A DNA stretch of 64,000 bases from an uncultured Planctomycetota bacterium. GTDB lineage: Bacteria > Planctomycetota > Planctomycetia > Gemmatales > Gemmataceae. Where the stretch lies: NCBI GenBank assembly GCA_963849325.1, contig CAWKHF010000009.1, positions 64,001 through 128,000 on the forward strand, written 5' to 3'. Below are positions 11,156 through 23,691 of the stretch, piece by piece (the first letter of the stretch is position 1; each line of letters opens with the position of its first letter). The notes beneath the pieces are model-generated. The model searched no databases, had not been told where the DNA came from, and saw only the letters and a list, made by a program, of their open reading frames with translations. The position numbers were made by a program, and so were the translations under genes.

Positions 11156-11916
11156 ATGAGTGAAACCACAAAAGTCGTGGGTCATGAGCCGATGCCCGAA
11201 GGACCGATGCCCGATGGCCAGCGCAAACGGCTCCCGACCGTAGCCATCGACATGCCAGTCCTCTTCGAGGACGAAGGGCAGGAGGAGATGGGTGAAACCG
11301 AGATCCACACGAAAGCAACGGGCATTGTCTTCTGGGGTTTGAAGGCCCATCTGGCCGATCGCTCGGAGTATCAGGTCTTCTCCGATTTGAACTGTTATTA
11401 TCATCCCGTTCAGCGCTGGGCTTATGTTTCCCCCGATGTGATGGTTGTCGTCCCCGGGCAGCCCCTCGTTGAACCCGTGACCTCGTACCGGATTAGCGCG
11501 GGCTGTCCCGCGCCGATGCTGGTCGTCGAAGTGCTCTCGCGGCGCTCCTTTCAGCAGCAGGATCTGACGAACAAACCCGAAATCTACGCCGATTTACGTG
11601 TAGCCGAGTACATCCTGGCGGACCCGACGAGCCATTTTCTGCCGCAACGGTTACTGTTGAAGTGCCTACGGATTGATTCCACCTGGAAGGACGAGCAAGA
11701 CGAGGACGGCGGCGTCACGAGCCGCCTGGGTTTCCGTATCGTGATCGAGGACGACGGGCAGTTGCGGATGATCGATGTCCAAACCGGGAAGCGCTACGCG
11801 CGACCGGAGGAGGCGCAGTCGATGGCGGATCGAGTAGTTGCGCTCGAAGAAGAATTGGCCCGCCTCCGCGGTGCATCGTCGAAGGAACAAAAGAGAAAAG
11901 GACGACGGCGCAAGTC

Positions 11917-11920
<4 letters not shown>
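11156..11920 (+). CDS. Uma2 family (PD-(D/E)XK) putative endonuclease
   Basis: EEMGETEIH, VSPDVMVV, LVVEVLS, K.EIYA...VAEY. Confidence 0.85.
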
Positions 11921-13407
<1,487 letters not shown>

Positions 13408-13458
13408 CGGATCGTTTGATCGATCCTCGGAAGGAATAAGAATACGAAGGAGAATGCC

Positions 13459-13746
13459 GTGAGCAATCCAATCCCTTCGCAGGTGGCCGTGTACTTGCCG
13501 GCCGATTTGGTGGCCAAGATGGAGGAACTGAAACAAGATTGTGAGCGAGATCGCACTCAGAGCCTTCAGCAGCTTGTTGAAAGGTTTTGCCGAACATACG
13601 TGCATGTTTTGGAGGGACATCGCTGGGAGCGAGAGCACATGGAAGAACTGGAACGCTCTTACCGAGAACGCCCCAGCGATTGGGACGACGCGGAGGAATG
13701 GGAACAGCTCTATAAGGAAGAAGAAGAGAAGAGGCGGCAACCGTGA
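13459..13746 (+). CDS. Putative antitoxin (RHH-like N-terminus, acidic C-terminus)
   Basis: AGGAG RBS; GTGA overlap with the toxin; VAVYLPADLVAKMEEL resembles ribbon-helix-helix. Confidence 0.65.
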   Translation: MSNPIPSQVAVYLPADLVAKMEELKQDCERDRTQSLQQLVERFCRTYVHVLEGHRWEREHMEELERSYRERPSDWDDAEEWEQLYKEEEEKRRQP

Positions 13747-14060
13747 AACGAGGCGAAGTTTGGGACGCGGATATACCGTTCCCTGTTAACCGGAGGCCGG
13801 TCTTGATCCTTTCCCGCGACACCATGCCAGCTTCGCGGCCGGAAATCACCGTCGCCTATCTTACCACGAAGCCACGCAATCGATGGGTTGAGGTTGCCTT
13901 GACGGCGGCGGCCGATGGCGTCAAACACGATTCCGTGGTCAATCTCGATTCCATCAATACCATCCCCAAGGATTGGCTCATCAAACGAATATGCAAGCTA
14001 TCCCCCGCCAAGATGGATGACGTCAAGCGAGCCATAATTGAGGCTCTCGACATGAAATGA
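13743..14060 (+). CDS. Type II toxin, PemK/MazF family endoribonuclease
   Basis: MKRGEVW.A, RRPVLILS, LTT, DSVVNLDSINTI, LSPAKMDDVKRAI. Confidence 0.9.
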   Translation: MKRGEVWDADIPFPVNRRPVLILSRDTMPASRPEITVAYLTTKPRNRWVEVALTAAADGVKHDSVVNLDSINTIPKDWLIKRICKLSPAKMDDVKRAIIEALDMK

Positions 14061-14088
14061 CCACGGCTTCCTCTCCGACGATGCCGAT

Positions 14089-17000
14089 ATGCACCTGGAA
14101 CAACTGCGCACCTGTTTGGATTCGCTCGCCGGCGCTCGTGCCTTGCTGCACACCTGGAACCTGCGCGACCCCGAGCGGGGTTGGCGCAATCTGACCGGCC
14201 TGGCCGAGGCGGTCTCGCTCGACGGCCTGCGCGAAATCTGTACGCCGCTGGGCCGGCTGCTGCCGCGTTGCCCCGACCCGGACATGGCCCTGAACAACCT
14301 CGAACGCTTTCTCGCCAACCCGGCCGCGTCCGTCCAGGTGCCCATCCTGCTGGAGAACCGCGCTCGCGTCCTGGAAATCCTCTTGCAGCTGTTCAGCACC
14401 AGCCAGACCTTCAGCGACCTGCTGAGTCTCCATCCGGACTCTCTCGACATGCTGCGCGTGCCGCTGCGGCGCAGCCCCAGCCCGGCCGAGTTGTCCGCCC
14501 AGCTGCAAGCCGAGGTAGACGCGGCCTACGAGGACTCGGCCGTGCTGCGCGCCTTTCGCCGCTTTCGCCAGCGGCAATTGCTGCGCATCGGCACCAACGA
14601 CATCATCCGCGATCGACCGCTGGAAGAGATCACCCGCGACATCGCGCACGTCGCCGACGCCGCCATCGAGGCGGCCCTGACGGTTGCCCTGCGCCAGGTC
14701 GGCAAGCGCTTCGGCCAGCCCCACGGAGGAGACGGCCGGCCCGTCACCTGCACCGTCCTCGCCTTCGGCAAACACGGCGGCGAAGAGTTGAACTACTCCA
14801 GCGACATCGACCTGATGTTCGTCTACAGCGACGAGGGCGTCACGCGCGGCAAACGCATCACGAGCCTCGGTAACGACGAATTCTTCGCCCGCGTCGTCGG
14901 CGAGGTGGTGCGCCTGCTGTCGTCGCACACGGATCGCGGCCACGCTTTCCGCGTCGATCTGCGCCTGCGCCCCGAGGGCCATCGCGGCCCGCTGGCGCGC
15001 TCGCTGGCCAGCACCCTCGCCTACTACGACGCCATGGGACGCACCTGGGAGCGGCAGGCGCTCATCAAGGTCCGTCCCGTGGCCGGCGACCTGGCGCTGG
15101 GCCAGCAGTTCTTGCGGTCCATCGAGCCGTTTGTCTACCGTAAATATCTCAGTTTCGCCGAAATCAACGAGATCAAGGCCATCAAACGGCGCATCGAGCA
15201 CAAGGCCAGCCAGGCCGGCGTCAGCGGCACCGAGGTCAAGACCGGCCACGGCGGCATCCGCGACATCGAGTTCACCATCCAGTTCCTGCAACTGCTCAAC
15301 GGCGGCGAGTTGGCGGAGGTCCGTCAGCGCAACACTCTGCTCGCCCTGTCCGCCCTCGAGCGCGTCGGCTGCCTGACCGACCAGGAGTATCGCGTCCTCG
15401 AAGACGCCTATCGCTTCCTGCGCAAGGTCGAGCACCGCCTGCAACTCCTATTCGACCTGCAAACGCACCGTCTGCCTGAAGGCGAGGAGGAGATGCGCAA
15501 GCTCGCCCTGCGCATGGATCCCAGCCGCGACCGTGCGGAAGTGGCTTCGCCTTCGCTGCCGGACGATCGCGGCGCGGATCCCGCCGCCGCCTTCCTGCGC
15601 GCTTACCAGGACAAGACCGAGCCGACGCGGCGCATTCTCGATCACTTGCTGCATCAGACCTTCGCCGGCGAGGCCGGTGAGGCCGAACCGGAATCCGACT
15701 TGCTCCTCGACACCAACCCGGAACCGGAGACCATCCGCGCGGTGCTCGGCCGTTATCCTTTCCGCGACGTACAGGGGGCGTACCACAACCTGGTCCAACT
15801 GGCTCAGGAGTCGGTGCCGTTTTTGTCCACGCGCCGTTGCCGACACTTCCTTGCCAGCATCGCTCCCGCCTTGCTCCGCGCCGTCGCTGACACGCCCGAC
15901 CCGGACATGGCCCTGGTCAACCTGGAAAAGGTGACCAACTCGCTCGGCGCCAAGACGGTACTGTGGGAGCTGTTCAGCTTCAACCCGCCCAGCTTGAAGC
16001 TCTACGTCGATCTGTGCGCCTGGAGCCAGTTTCTCTCGGAAATCCTCATCAACAACCCCGGCATGATCGACGAGCTGCTCGACAGCCTCGTCCTCAACCA
16101 GCCGCGCAGCGCCGAAGAGCTGCGCGGCGAGTTGGCCGACCTGTGTCGCGGCGCCGCCGACCTCGAACCGATCCTGCACAGTTTTCAGAGACAAGGAATT
16201 GCTGCGCATCGGCGTCCGCGACATTCTTAACAAGGACACCATCCAGGCCACGACCGCCGCGCTGAGCGACCTGGCGGAGGTGCTGCTGGGTCAAATCGCC
16301 GACCCGCAATACGGACCTCTGACGAAGCGCTATGGCGTGCCCATCCTGGCCGAGGGCGAGCGGGCCGGCCAGCCCAGCCGCTTCGCCCTCCTCGCCCTGG
16401 GCAAGCTCGGCGGCCGCGAAATGAACTACCACAGCGATCTCGATTTGATGATGGTCTACGAGGGTGATGGCCGAACCGAGCCGCCGCCCCGTGCCACGCG
16501 CTTCGACCGCCACGAGCGCGACCGACAATTACCACTTCTTCACCGAGTTGGCCCAGCACATCATCAAGGCGACGAGCTATCTCGGGCCGATGGGCCGGCT
16601 GTACCAGATCGACATGCGTCTGCGGCCGACCGGCAAGTCGGGCAGTCTCGTCATTCCCCTGACGGAGTTCCGCCGCTATTTCGTCACGCAGCAGGACAGC
16701 TCGGCGCACCCCGAAGGCGGGGCGCAATTGTGGGAGCGGCAAGCGCTGACGCGCGCCCGCGTCGTTCACGGCGACGCCGATTTCGGCCGCGAAGTGATGG
16801 CCGCCGTCGCCGAGGGCGCCTACGGCTTGACCTGGCGGCCCGAAATTGCCGAGGAAATCCTGGCCATGCGCGAGCGCCTGCAAGTCAGCCGGCCGCCCGG
16901 CAACCTCAAGCGCGGCCCCGGCGGACTCGCCGACGTCGAGTTCCTCGTGCAGCTGTTTCAGATCAAGTACGGCCACGACTTGCCGGAGCTGCGCCGGCCC

Positions 17001-17309
17001 AACACCTGGCAGGCGTTGGAGGCGTTGCACGACTGCGGTCTGCTGTCAGAGACCGAGCAGACGACCCTGTCGGCCGCTTACGATTTTCTGCTGCGCGTGC
17101 AGGGCCGGCTGCGCATCGTCCACAACCGCACGCTCGACGAGTTGCCGGAATCGTCGGAGGAAATCGACAAGCTGGCCCGCCGCCTCGGCTACGAGACCGG
17201 CGACCGATTCCTCGCCGAACTCCAACAGCATCGCACGCGGACGCGCGAGTTGTTCTTGTGCCTTGTCGAGCGCGAGCGCGTCCGCGGGACGAGGATGGAA
17301 TCGGAGTGA
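14089..17309 (+). CDS. glnE: Bifunctional glutamine-synthetase adenylyltransferase/deadenylase (frameshifts near 16187 and 16517)
   Basis: Two nucleotidyltransferase halves: GKHGGEELNYSSDIDL/RVDLRLRP/WERQALIK and GKLGGREMNYHSDLDL/IDMRLRP/WERQALTR. Confidence 0.92.
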
Positions 17310-17365
17310 TCTCTCCTGCAACGATTCCAGCGTCGGGTTCTCCTTCTGGGCCTAGTACGGATGAA

Positions 17366-18586
17366 CTACTTGAACGTCCAGAAGGTTACAGCCTCGCGGT
17401 CCTTGATGTAGACGCCTTCGTTGGTCACGATCGGGTAGGCATAGGTGTCTCCGTCCGCCACCTTGTAGCCGGCCACCCGTTCGAACTTCTCCCGGTTGGG
17501 CTTGAAGACCACCAGCTGCGCTGCCGGCGTGAGCGCGAACAGCACCGGGCCGGCGGCGACGATCGAGCCGTATCCACTTCGTCCGCGACGACCGCCGCCG
17601 CCACCATCGAGCCGTTGCGACCAGAGCCTCTTGCCGGTCTTGGTGTCGATGCAGAAGATCTCGTTCTGCTCCGACAGGCCGAACATCAGCCCCTCCTTGA
17701 CGACCGGCGTGTTGAAGATGACCGAGGCGTCGGGGTTTGTCCATAACTCCTTGGCCACGACTTTCTCGCCCTCCTTTTGCAACTTCACCGCCGTGGTCGG
17801 TTTTTTCGACCCGGCGTAGTAGAGGACGTCGCCGTAGATCATCGGCGTGGAGGCGTTGTAGCGGGTGGCGAAGTTCGTGCTCCAAAGCGGCTTGCCCTCC
17901 GCGAGGCTGACGGCCGAAATGGTGCCCGCCGTCTCCACTACGACCGCCTTGAGGCCCGTGAGAGTCAGCAGCATGGGCGAGGCGTACTTCGTGCCGTCCG
18001 AGGACCACTCCCACTTCTTCGCGCCGTCGGCCAGTCCGAATGCGACGACGGAGCCGCCGCGATCGCCGCCGACCTGGACAACGCAAAGTCCGTCGGCCAG
18101 GAGCGGCGAACAGGAGGCCGAAAACCCGGGAGGTCTCCCCGTATTGTCCTTCCGCCAGACGACGGTGCCGTTGGCGCTGTCCAGGCAAGAGAGCGTGCCC
18201 TGGACGCCGAGCGTGACCACCTTGCCGTCGGCGACGGCCGGCGACGACCGCGCCGCGGGGAAGCCGCGCGCGGGCCAGCCTGCCGGCTGCGCCTTATAGC
18301 CGTTCTTCCAGAGTTTCTTGCCGGTGCCGGCGTCCAGACAGTGGAGGACCTCCTCGCCTTCCTGGTAGGCGAAGGCGTAGAGTTTGCCGCCCACCAGGGC
18401 CGGCGTCGCCACCCCTTCCCCGACCGAGGTGGACCACTTCTTCTGTAACTGCTGCGGCCATGTCGCCGGAGACTGGAATTCCGTCACCACGGCGGCACGG
18501 TCGGGGCCGCGCCACTGGGGCCAGTCCGCGGCCGAGACGAAGGGAGTCCAGACAAGGAGGAAGACGAACGAACGCATCAGGTACAT
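17366..18586 (-). CDS. Exported PQQ-like (BamB-type) beta-propeller protein
   Basis: Signal peptide then ADWPQWRGPDR; repeated CLDA.TG..LW and SSP motifs. Confidence 0.88.
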   Translation of the reverse strand: MYLMRSFVFLLVWTPFVSAADWPQWRGPDRAAVVTEFQSPATWPQQLQKKWSTSVGEGVATPALVGGKLYAFAYQEGEEVLHCLDAGTGKKLWKNGYKAQPAGWPARGFPAARSSPAVADGKVVTLGVQGTLSCLDSANGTVVWRKDNTGRPPGFSASCSPLLADGLCVVQVGGDRGGSVVAFGLADGAKKWEWSSDGTKYASPMLLTLTGLKAVVVETAGTISAVSLAEGKPLWSTNFATRYNASTPMIYGDVLYYAGSKKPTTAVKLQKEGEKVVAKELWTNPDASVIFNTPVVKEGLMFGLSEQNEIFCIDTKTGKRLWSQRLDGGGGGRRGRSGYGSIVAAGPVLFALTPAAQLVVFKPNREKFERVAGYKVADGDTYAYPIVTNEGVYIKDREAVTFWTFK

Positions 18587-18959
18587 GACAGGTCTCCTAG
18601 GGATCCAGCGTCGGAACCGTTCACACCGCTTACACCCAGGCCAAGAAGGATTCTCCGGCGCCCGTTGGAGGCCGTCAAGAGAAACGCGGTTCTTCCGGAC
18701 TTCATTTATTCTCATCGAACCTCGCCCCTTACCTGTCGAGGGGTGGACGGGTTCGGGAACTCCGGCCTGGCCGCCTGGCGTGAGAGCGTTCATGCCGCGA
18801 TGCCGCGCCGGAAAGCGGATGCCGCTCCCGACACGGGCGGCAAGCAGAGCCAGAGAGAAGGGGGCGAGGAAGAGGGAGAGAACAGGACGTTGGCAGCACG
18901 GCGATTTCACGTAGACTGATCGTTGGCCGCATTTCGCCCGGCTTGCTGGGAGTGCCGCC

Positions 18960-20066
18960 ATGTCCTCTCTCCGCGATGCGCTGGAAGCGGCCCTGGTCGA
19001 GGATCCCGACGACCGGGCCGCGCACATGGCCTATGCCGATTACCTGCAGGAACAGGGCGACCCGCGCGGCGAATTCATCCAGGTGCAGCTCGCCCTCGAA
19101 GATCCCGAGAGGACCGCGGAGCAACGCCAGCGACTTCAGGCGCGCGAGCAGGCGTTGTTGGCCGAATTGAGGCGTGGGCGATTGGGTGACTTCGCGCGGG
19201 CGGTATTTTATTCGCGGGAGGGGGGCGGCCAAACCGAGGAGATCCACTTCGCGCGCGGATGGCTCGACCGATGTGTCCTCGGCGATACAGGGAGCCATTT
19301 AGCCCGAGAGTTGGCTCGGCTGCTGGCTCGGGACCCGGATTGTCGCCTGCTGCGGGAACTGGTCCTCGAATGCGATGTGGGGGCGGTCGAACAATTAATC
19401 CGTTCGCCCTTTCTGGGCAATCTGCGGCTGCTCCAACTCGGTGCCGGATTCGAGACCCTCGTCCACTCCGTGTCGGTCCCGGAGTTCGTGGCGAAATTGC
19501 CGCGTCTCGAAGAATTGCACTTACACGCCTACGGTTATGATCCGGTTCGACTCTTCACCCTATCCACTCTGAGAGAATTGCGCGTTCTCAAGATTTATTG
19601 TCAGGATCTGCCCTATCCGCTGGAACTGCTGGCTGGCAATCCATCGTTGCGCAACCTTACTCATCTGCTGCTGCGTCCGCTCTCCTGCCCGACGCCGCTC
19701 ATCAACCTGGCCGGCGTGCGCGCCATCGTGCAATCGCCGCACTTGCCCAAGTTGACCCATTTGCAGGTGCGCGGCTCCGACCTCGGCGACGTGGGCTGCA
19801 CGGAAATTGTGACTTCGGGCGTCCTCAAAAAGCTCAAGTTGCTCGACTTGGGCCACGGCGAAATCACCGACGCGGGGGCTCGCATCCTGGCCGACTGTCC
19901 CGACCTGCGACGGCTAGAGCATCTCACCATCGACCGCAACGGCCTGACGCAAATGGGCATCGATGCCCTGCGCCGCGTCCTCGGCGCCAAGCTGCGGGCC
20001 AACCGTCAGCAGACCGCCGAGGAGTTGGCGCGGCAGCAGTATCTCGACGACAGCGATGGCGAATAA
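18960..20066 (+). CDS. TIGR02996 domain protein with leucine-rich repeats
   Basis: N-terminal EDPDD..AHMAYADYLQEQGDPRGEFIQVQ; LRR units such as LKLLDLGHGEITDAGARILA. Confidence 0.88.
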   Translation: MSSLRDALEAALVEDPDDRAAHMAYADYLQEQGDPRGEFIQVQLALEDPERTAEQRQRLQAREQALLAELRRGRLGDFARAVFYSREGGGQTEEIHFARGWLDRCVLGDTGSHLARELARLLARDPDCRLLRELVLECDVGAVEQLIRSPFLGNLRLLQLGAGFETLVHSVSVPEFVAKLPRLEELHLHAYGYDPVRLFTLSTLRELRVLKIYCQDLPYPLELLAGNPSLRNLTHLLLRPLSCPTPLINLAGVRAIVQSPHLPKLTHLQVRGSDLGDVGCTEIVTSGVLKKLKLLDLGHGEITDAGARILADCPDLRRLEHLTIDRNGLTQMGIDALRRVLGAKLRANRQQTAEELARQQYLDDSDGE

Positions 20067-20084
20067 GGTCTCGATCGTCCGCGC

Positions 20085-21744
20085 TCAGCGTCGTTGCACG
20101 CACAGCGGCTGGCCCTCGCAGCGGTGACTCCAGACCTCGTGTCCTTTGCGGTCCAGCTCGACGATCACGACATCCATGCGGCTGGAGATGAGCGTATGCC
20201 CATTGGGCAGCCGATGCGCACACGTCGGCCGATAGGCCTTGCCCGTCCAGACCGCCTTGCCGTCGGCGTCGTACTCGACCACGCAGTTGCCCGAGTAAAA
20301 CGGGACGAGGAGATGACCGTTCGGCAGGGCCTCAATGTGGGTGCCGATGGAGCGCATGATTTTCCCGACGTGAAACGAATTCAGCACCTTTCCGGAGCGG
20401 TCAAGACGCTGGTACTGGCCGGTGGAGGAGATCACGCCGACGGAACCGTCGCGCAGCGGACAGGCGGCGGCGACGCGGCCGAACGGTTGGTCCAACGTCC
20501 ATACCTCGGCGCCGGCCCGGTCTACCTCGAAGACGCGCATCCGCGTCACGATGAAGGTGTGGCCGTTGGCCAGGCGACGGGCGCTGAGGGGAGAGCTATC
20601 GACCTGGGTTTGCCAAAGGATTTCGCCCTTGTGGTTGCGTTCCGTCACGCGCCGGCCGCTGTACTCGGCGACGAGGACGCGCTGGGCGTCGAGGACGTGG
20701 ACGGCCATGGGATACTGCAAACCGTCGATCTGCCAGCGGACGCGGCCGCGCGCGTCGATCTCCTGGACGTTGCCGCCGCCCGAGCTGAGCTGAGCGAGGA
20801 CCGTGTGCCCCAGCGGACGGCCCAGCCCCTCGACCTTGGCCAGGTCCAGGCCGTCTCCGTGGCGCGTCCACCAGTCCGCCCAGGCGTCGCGGTACTTGCG
20901 GCGAGCGGCGGCGTCGCCGTCCAGGTTCCCGCGCGGCCTTGTCGCCGGCCAGCAGGAACAACAACTCCTCGATGCGTTCCGCCTCGGCCGGCGGCACCTC
21001 CGCCAGCAGGGCGATGAGGACGGGGATGGCGTTTTTTTCGCGTGCCTCCAGCAGAGCGGAGGCGACGCGACGGCGGACGAGTGGATCGCGGTCGCGCAAG
21101 AGCCGTCGCACGGCAGCCTGTTGCGCGCCGCCGCCGGCGCGACACAGAGCGGCCCCGGCCGCGCCGCGCTTGATCGCCACCGGGTCGGTCAGGGCTCGTA
21201 CCAGGAGCGGTTCGGCCTTGCCGTCGCGCACGGCCACTGACGCCAAGACCAGGCACGCTTCCTCGGCGACGTCGGCATCCTCGGCGCAAGGCAGGTACGC
21301 CAGCAGTACCTCGGCCGTCTCCGCCGGCCGCAGCCGGCCGAGTACACGCACCGCCGTCACCAGTACGTCCGGGTCGGAATCGCGGCGGATGTCGGCCAAC
21401 GCCTGCCGAGCGCGCCAGCGGATTTCCAGGTCGTGGTGCCGCGCCGCCGCGGCCAGAAGCGACGCCGCCCCCGGTCCCATCGATACCAGCTCCGTACTTG
21501 CCTGTTCGCGGAGCGCGAACGAATCGCTGCCCAGCTGCGCGATCAGCGTCTGAATGCGGGCGCACGTCTCATCGGTGATGGTACGTATGCGGAAGAAAGC
21601 GAGCAGCCCTAGCTCGTCCGCCGGCAGGTGCGCCGCGCGCAACACGGACTCATCCGCCGCGACCTCCGGCTCCGCGCCGGACGCGAGACCAGACAGTCCG
21701 GACAGGACGATCAGAGGACCGAGGGCGACGCAACGAGGCAGCAT
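20085..21744 (-). CDS. Exported HEAT-repeat + beta-propeller protein, paralog 1 (frameshift near 20930)
   Basis: Signal peptide; GLLAFFR, LG.DSF..RE.A, LLAYLP.A.D; C-terminal RL.NG.T.I propeller blades. Confidence 0.8.
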
Positions 21745-21770
21745 GGCGACGTCCTCCCCAGAAGAAGATT

Positions 21771-21915
21771 ACCACGGAAAGCACGGAAAACACGGAAAAG
21801 ACCACAAAAAACGAGAAAGTCTGTCGAGCGGGTATTCCTTAAGCCCCTCTGGCTCATCATCATCTTTTGCTTTCTTCTTTGTCTTCTTTTCCGTGTTTTC
21901 CGTGTTTTCCCTGGT
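21771..21915. repeat. Inverted 9-mer tandem-repeat element, copy 2
   Basis: ACCACGGAAAGCACGGAAAACACGGAAAAG...CTTTTCCGTGTTTTCCGTGTTTTCCCTGGT. Confidence 0.9.
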
Positions 21916-21934
21916 GGTTTTCTTCTTGGAACAT

Positions 21935-23599
21935 TTAGCGGCGGAAGGCGCGGGTGACGCGCGTGTCCGCCTTGAACTGCCAGACTTCCCGGCCCGCGCG
22001 GTCCACCTCGACGGCGCGATTCTCGCGCATCAGCGTGACCATCGTGTTGCCGTTGGGCAGGCGCACGGCGCTGATGGGCTGGTCGATGGCGACTTCCCAG
22101 ACGCCCTGTCCATCGGCGTCATATTCCACCACGCGGTTATTGTCCATCTCCGGGATCAGAACGTGTCCGTTGGGCAGGACATCGATCCGGCCGCCGGAAG
22201 TACGCACCTGCACGCCCCAGCTTTTGACCTCCTTGAATTCCTTGCCCGATGGCGTTAGCCGCACGTAGCGTGGAACGCCGAGCTGGATGATCGAAACGAC
22301 ATCGCCATTGCGCAGCTTGACCGCGCGCATGAACGAAGCGCCGTCCGGCCGAACGTAGGTGAACAATTCCTTGCCGTTCTTGTCCACTTCGACGAGCTGG
22401 TGTTCGGTGGTGATGAACGTGTTGCCGTTGGGCAATCGCTGAGCGGCGAGCGGTCCCTGCACCATCTTCTTCCAGACGATCTCGCCCTTGAGGTTGCGTT
22501 CGCTGACGCGGTTGGCCTGGTATTCGGCCACGAGCACGCGCTCCTCGCCGGGTAAGAGCTGCGCATCCAGCGGCCGTTCCAGACCCTCGATCTTCCAGCG
22601 AATGCGATTGGTGGTATCGAGGTCTTCGACTCGGCCAAGATCCAGAAGGACAATAAGGGTGAAGCCGAGGGTGCGCGACGCCTGTTCGAGCTGGGCCGGC
22701 TCGATGCGGGCTTGATGGTCCTTCCACCACGTCTGCCAGGCTTCGCGGTAGCGGCGACGCGCGGCCTGGTCGGGTCCGGGCAGGACCGGCGGCAGCGTGT
22801 CGCCGGCGAGACGGTCCAGCAGACTCATGACCAGCCCAGTGTCCTCCGGCGGCAGTTCGTCGAGCAGTCGGATGAGCACGGGCATGGCGTCCTTGTCACG
22901 TCCAGCCGTCAGGGCCAGTCCGACGCGCAGGCGGACGCGCGGGTCGCGGTCCTGGAGCAGCTTGCGCACGTTCGGCACCACGTCCGGAAGCCGAGCACGA
23001 GCCAGGGCCGCCCCGGCAGCGGCGCGCAGGACGGCCGATTTGTTGGCCAGGGCGGCGACAAGGGCCGGCTCCGCTTTGCCGTCGCGCACGGCCAGCGCCG
23101 CCAGCGCCTGGCGGATGGTCTCGGCCACACCCTCGTCCTCGGCCGACGGCAGATAGGCCAGCAAGACGGCGGCGGACTCTGCCGGCTTCTCGCGCCAGGA
23201 CACGCGCGGCGGCCATCACCGCTGCCGCCGTCGCCCCCTCGCCGATGTGTTGCAGACATTCGCGGGCGCGGCGGGCGATCTCCGGGTCGGAGTCCTTGAC
23301 CGCCGCCTGCAAGGGGAGTCGGCGCGCGGGCCAATCGTCACCAGCTGCTTCGACGCCTGTTCGCGAACGCGGAACCGATCGTCGCCCAGCTGGCGGACCA
23401 ACGTCTGGATGCGCGTCTGGTCGGACACGTCGGCGGTTCGCTGCCGGAAGAAGGTGAGCAGACCGGGTCCATCCACGGCGATGCCGGCCTGCCGCAGCGT
23501 TTGCTCGTCGCTGACCGGCGCGTCCGCCGCGACCGCCGGACGTATCCCTCCGAGCAGGATGACGCAGGCGTTCAACCCCAGCAGATAGCGGTGACGCAT
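21935..23599 (-). CDS. Exported HEAT-repeat + beta-propeller protein, paralog 2 (frameshifts near 23200 and 23320)
   Basis: MRHRYLLG signal peptide; DGPGLLTFFR; LGDDRFRVREQA; WQTWW; RLPNGNT blades. Confidence 0.8.
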
Positions 23600-23607
23600 G
23601 ACAGTCC

Positions 23608-23682
23608 TCTGAGTTCTGAGTTCGGAGTTCGGAGTTCTGAGTTCTGTCTTCACTCAGAACTCAGAACTCCGAACTCAGAACT
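23608..23682. repeat. Inverted heptamer tandem repeat (GAGTTCT)n/(AGAACTC)n, copy 1
   Basis: Five GAGTTC(T/G) units followed by four ACTC(A/C)GA units. Confidence 0.9.
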
Positions 23683-23691
23683 TCTCGTCGG

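Noticed and set aside
14023..15444. Numerous long antisense or alternate-frame ORFs (also 11794-13326, 44061-45872, 34341-35960)
   Set aside because: Shadow ORFs typical of high-GC DNA, overlapping well-supported genes, with no recognisable motifs
16180..16520. Programmed frameshifting in glnE or other split genes
   Set aside because: No shared slippery sequence; the indels are scattered across unrelated genes, consistent with sequencing error
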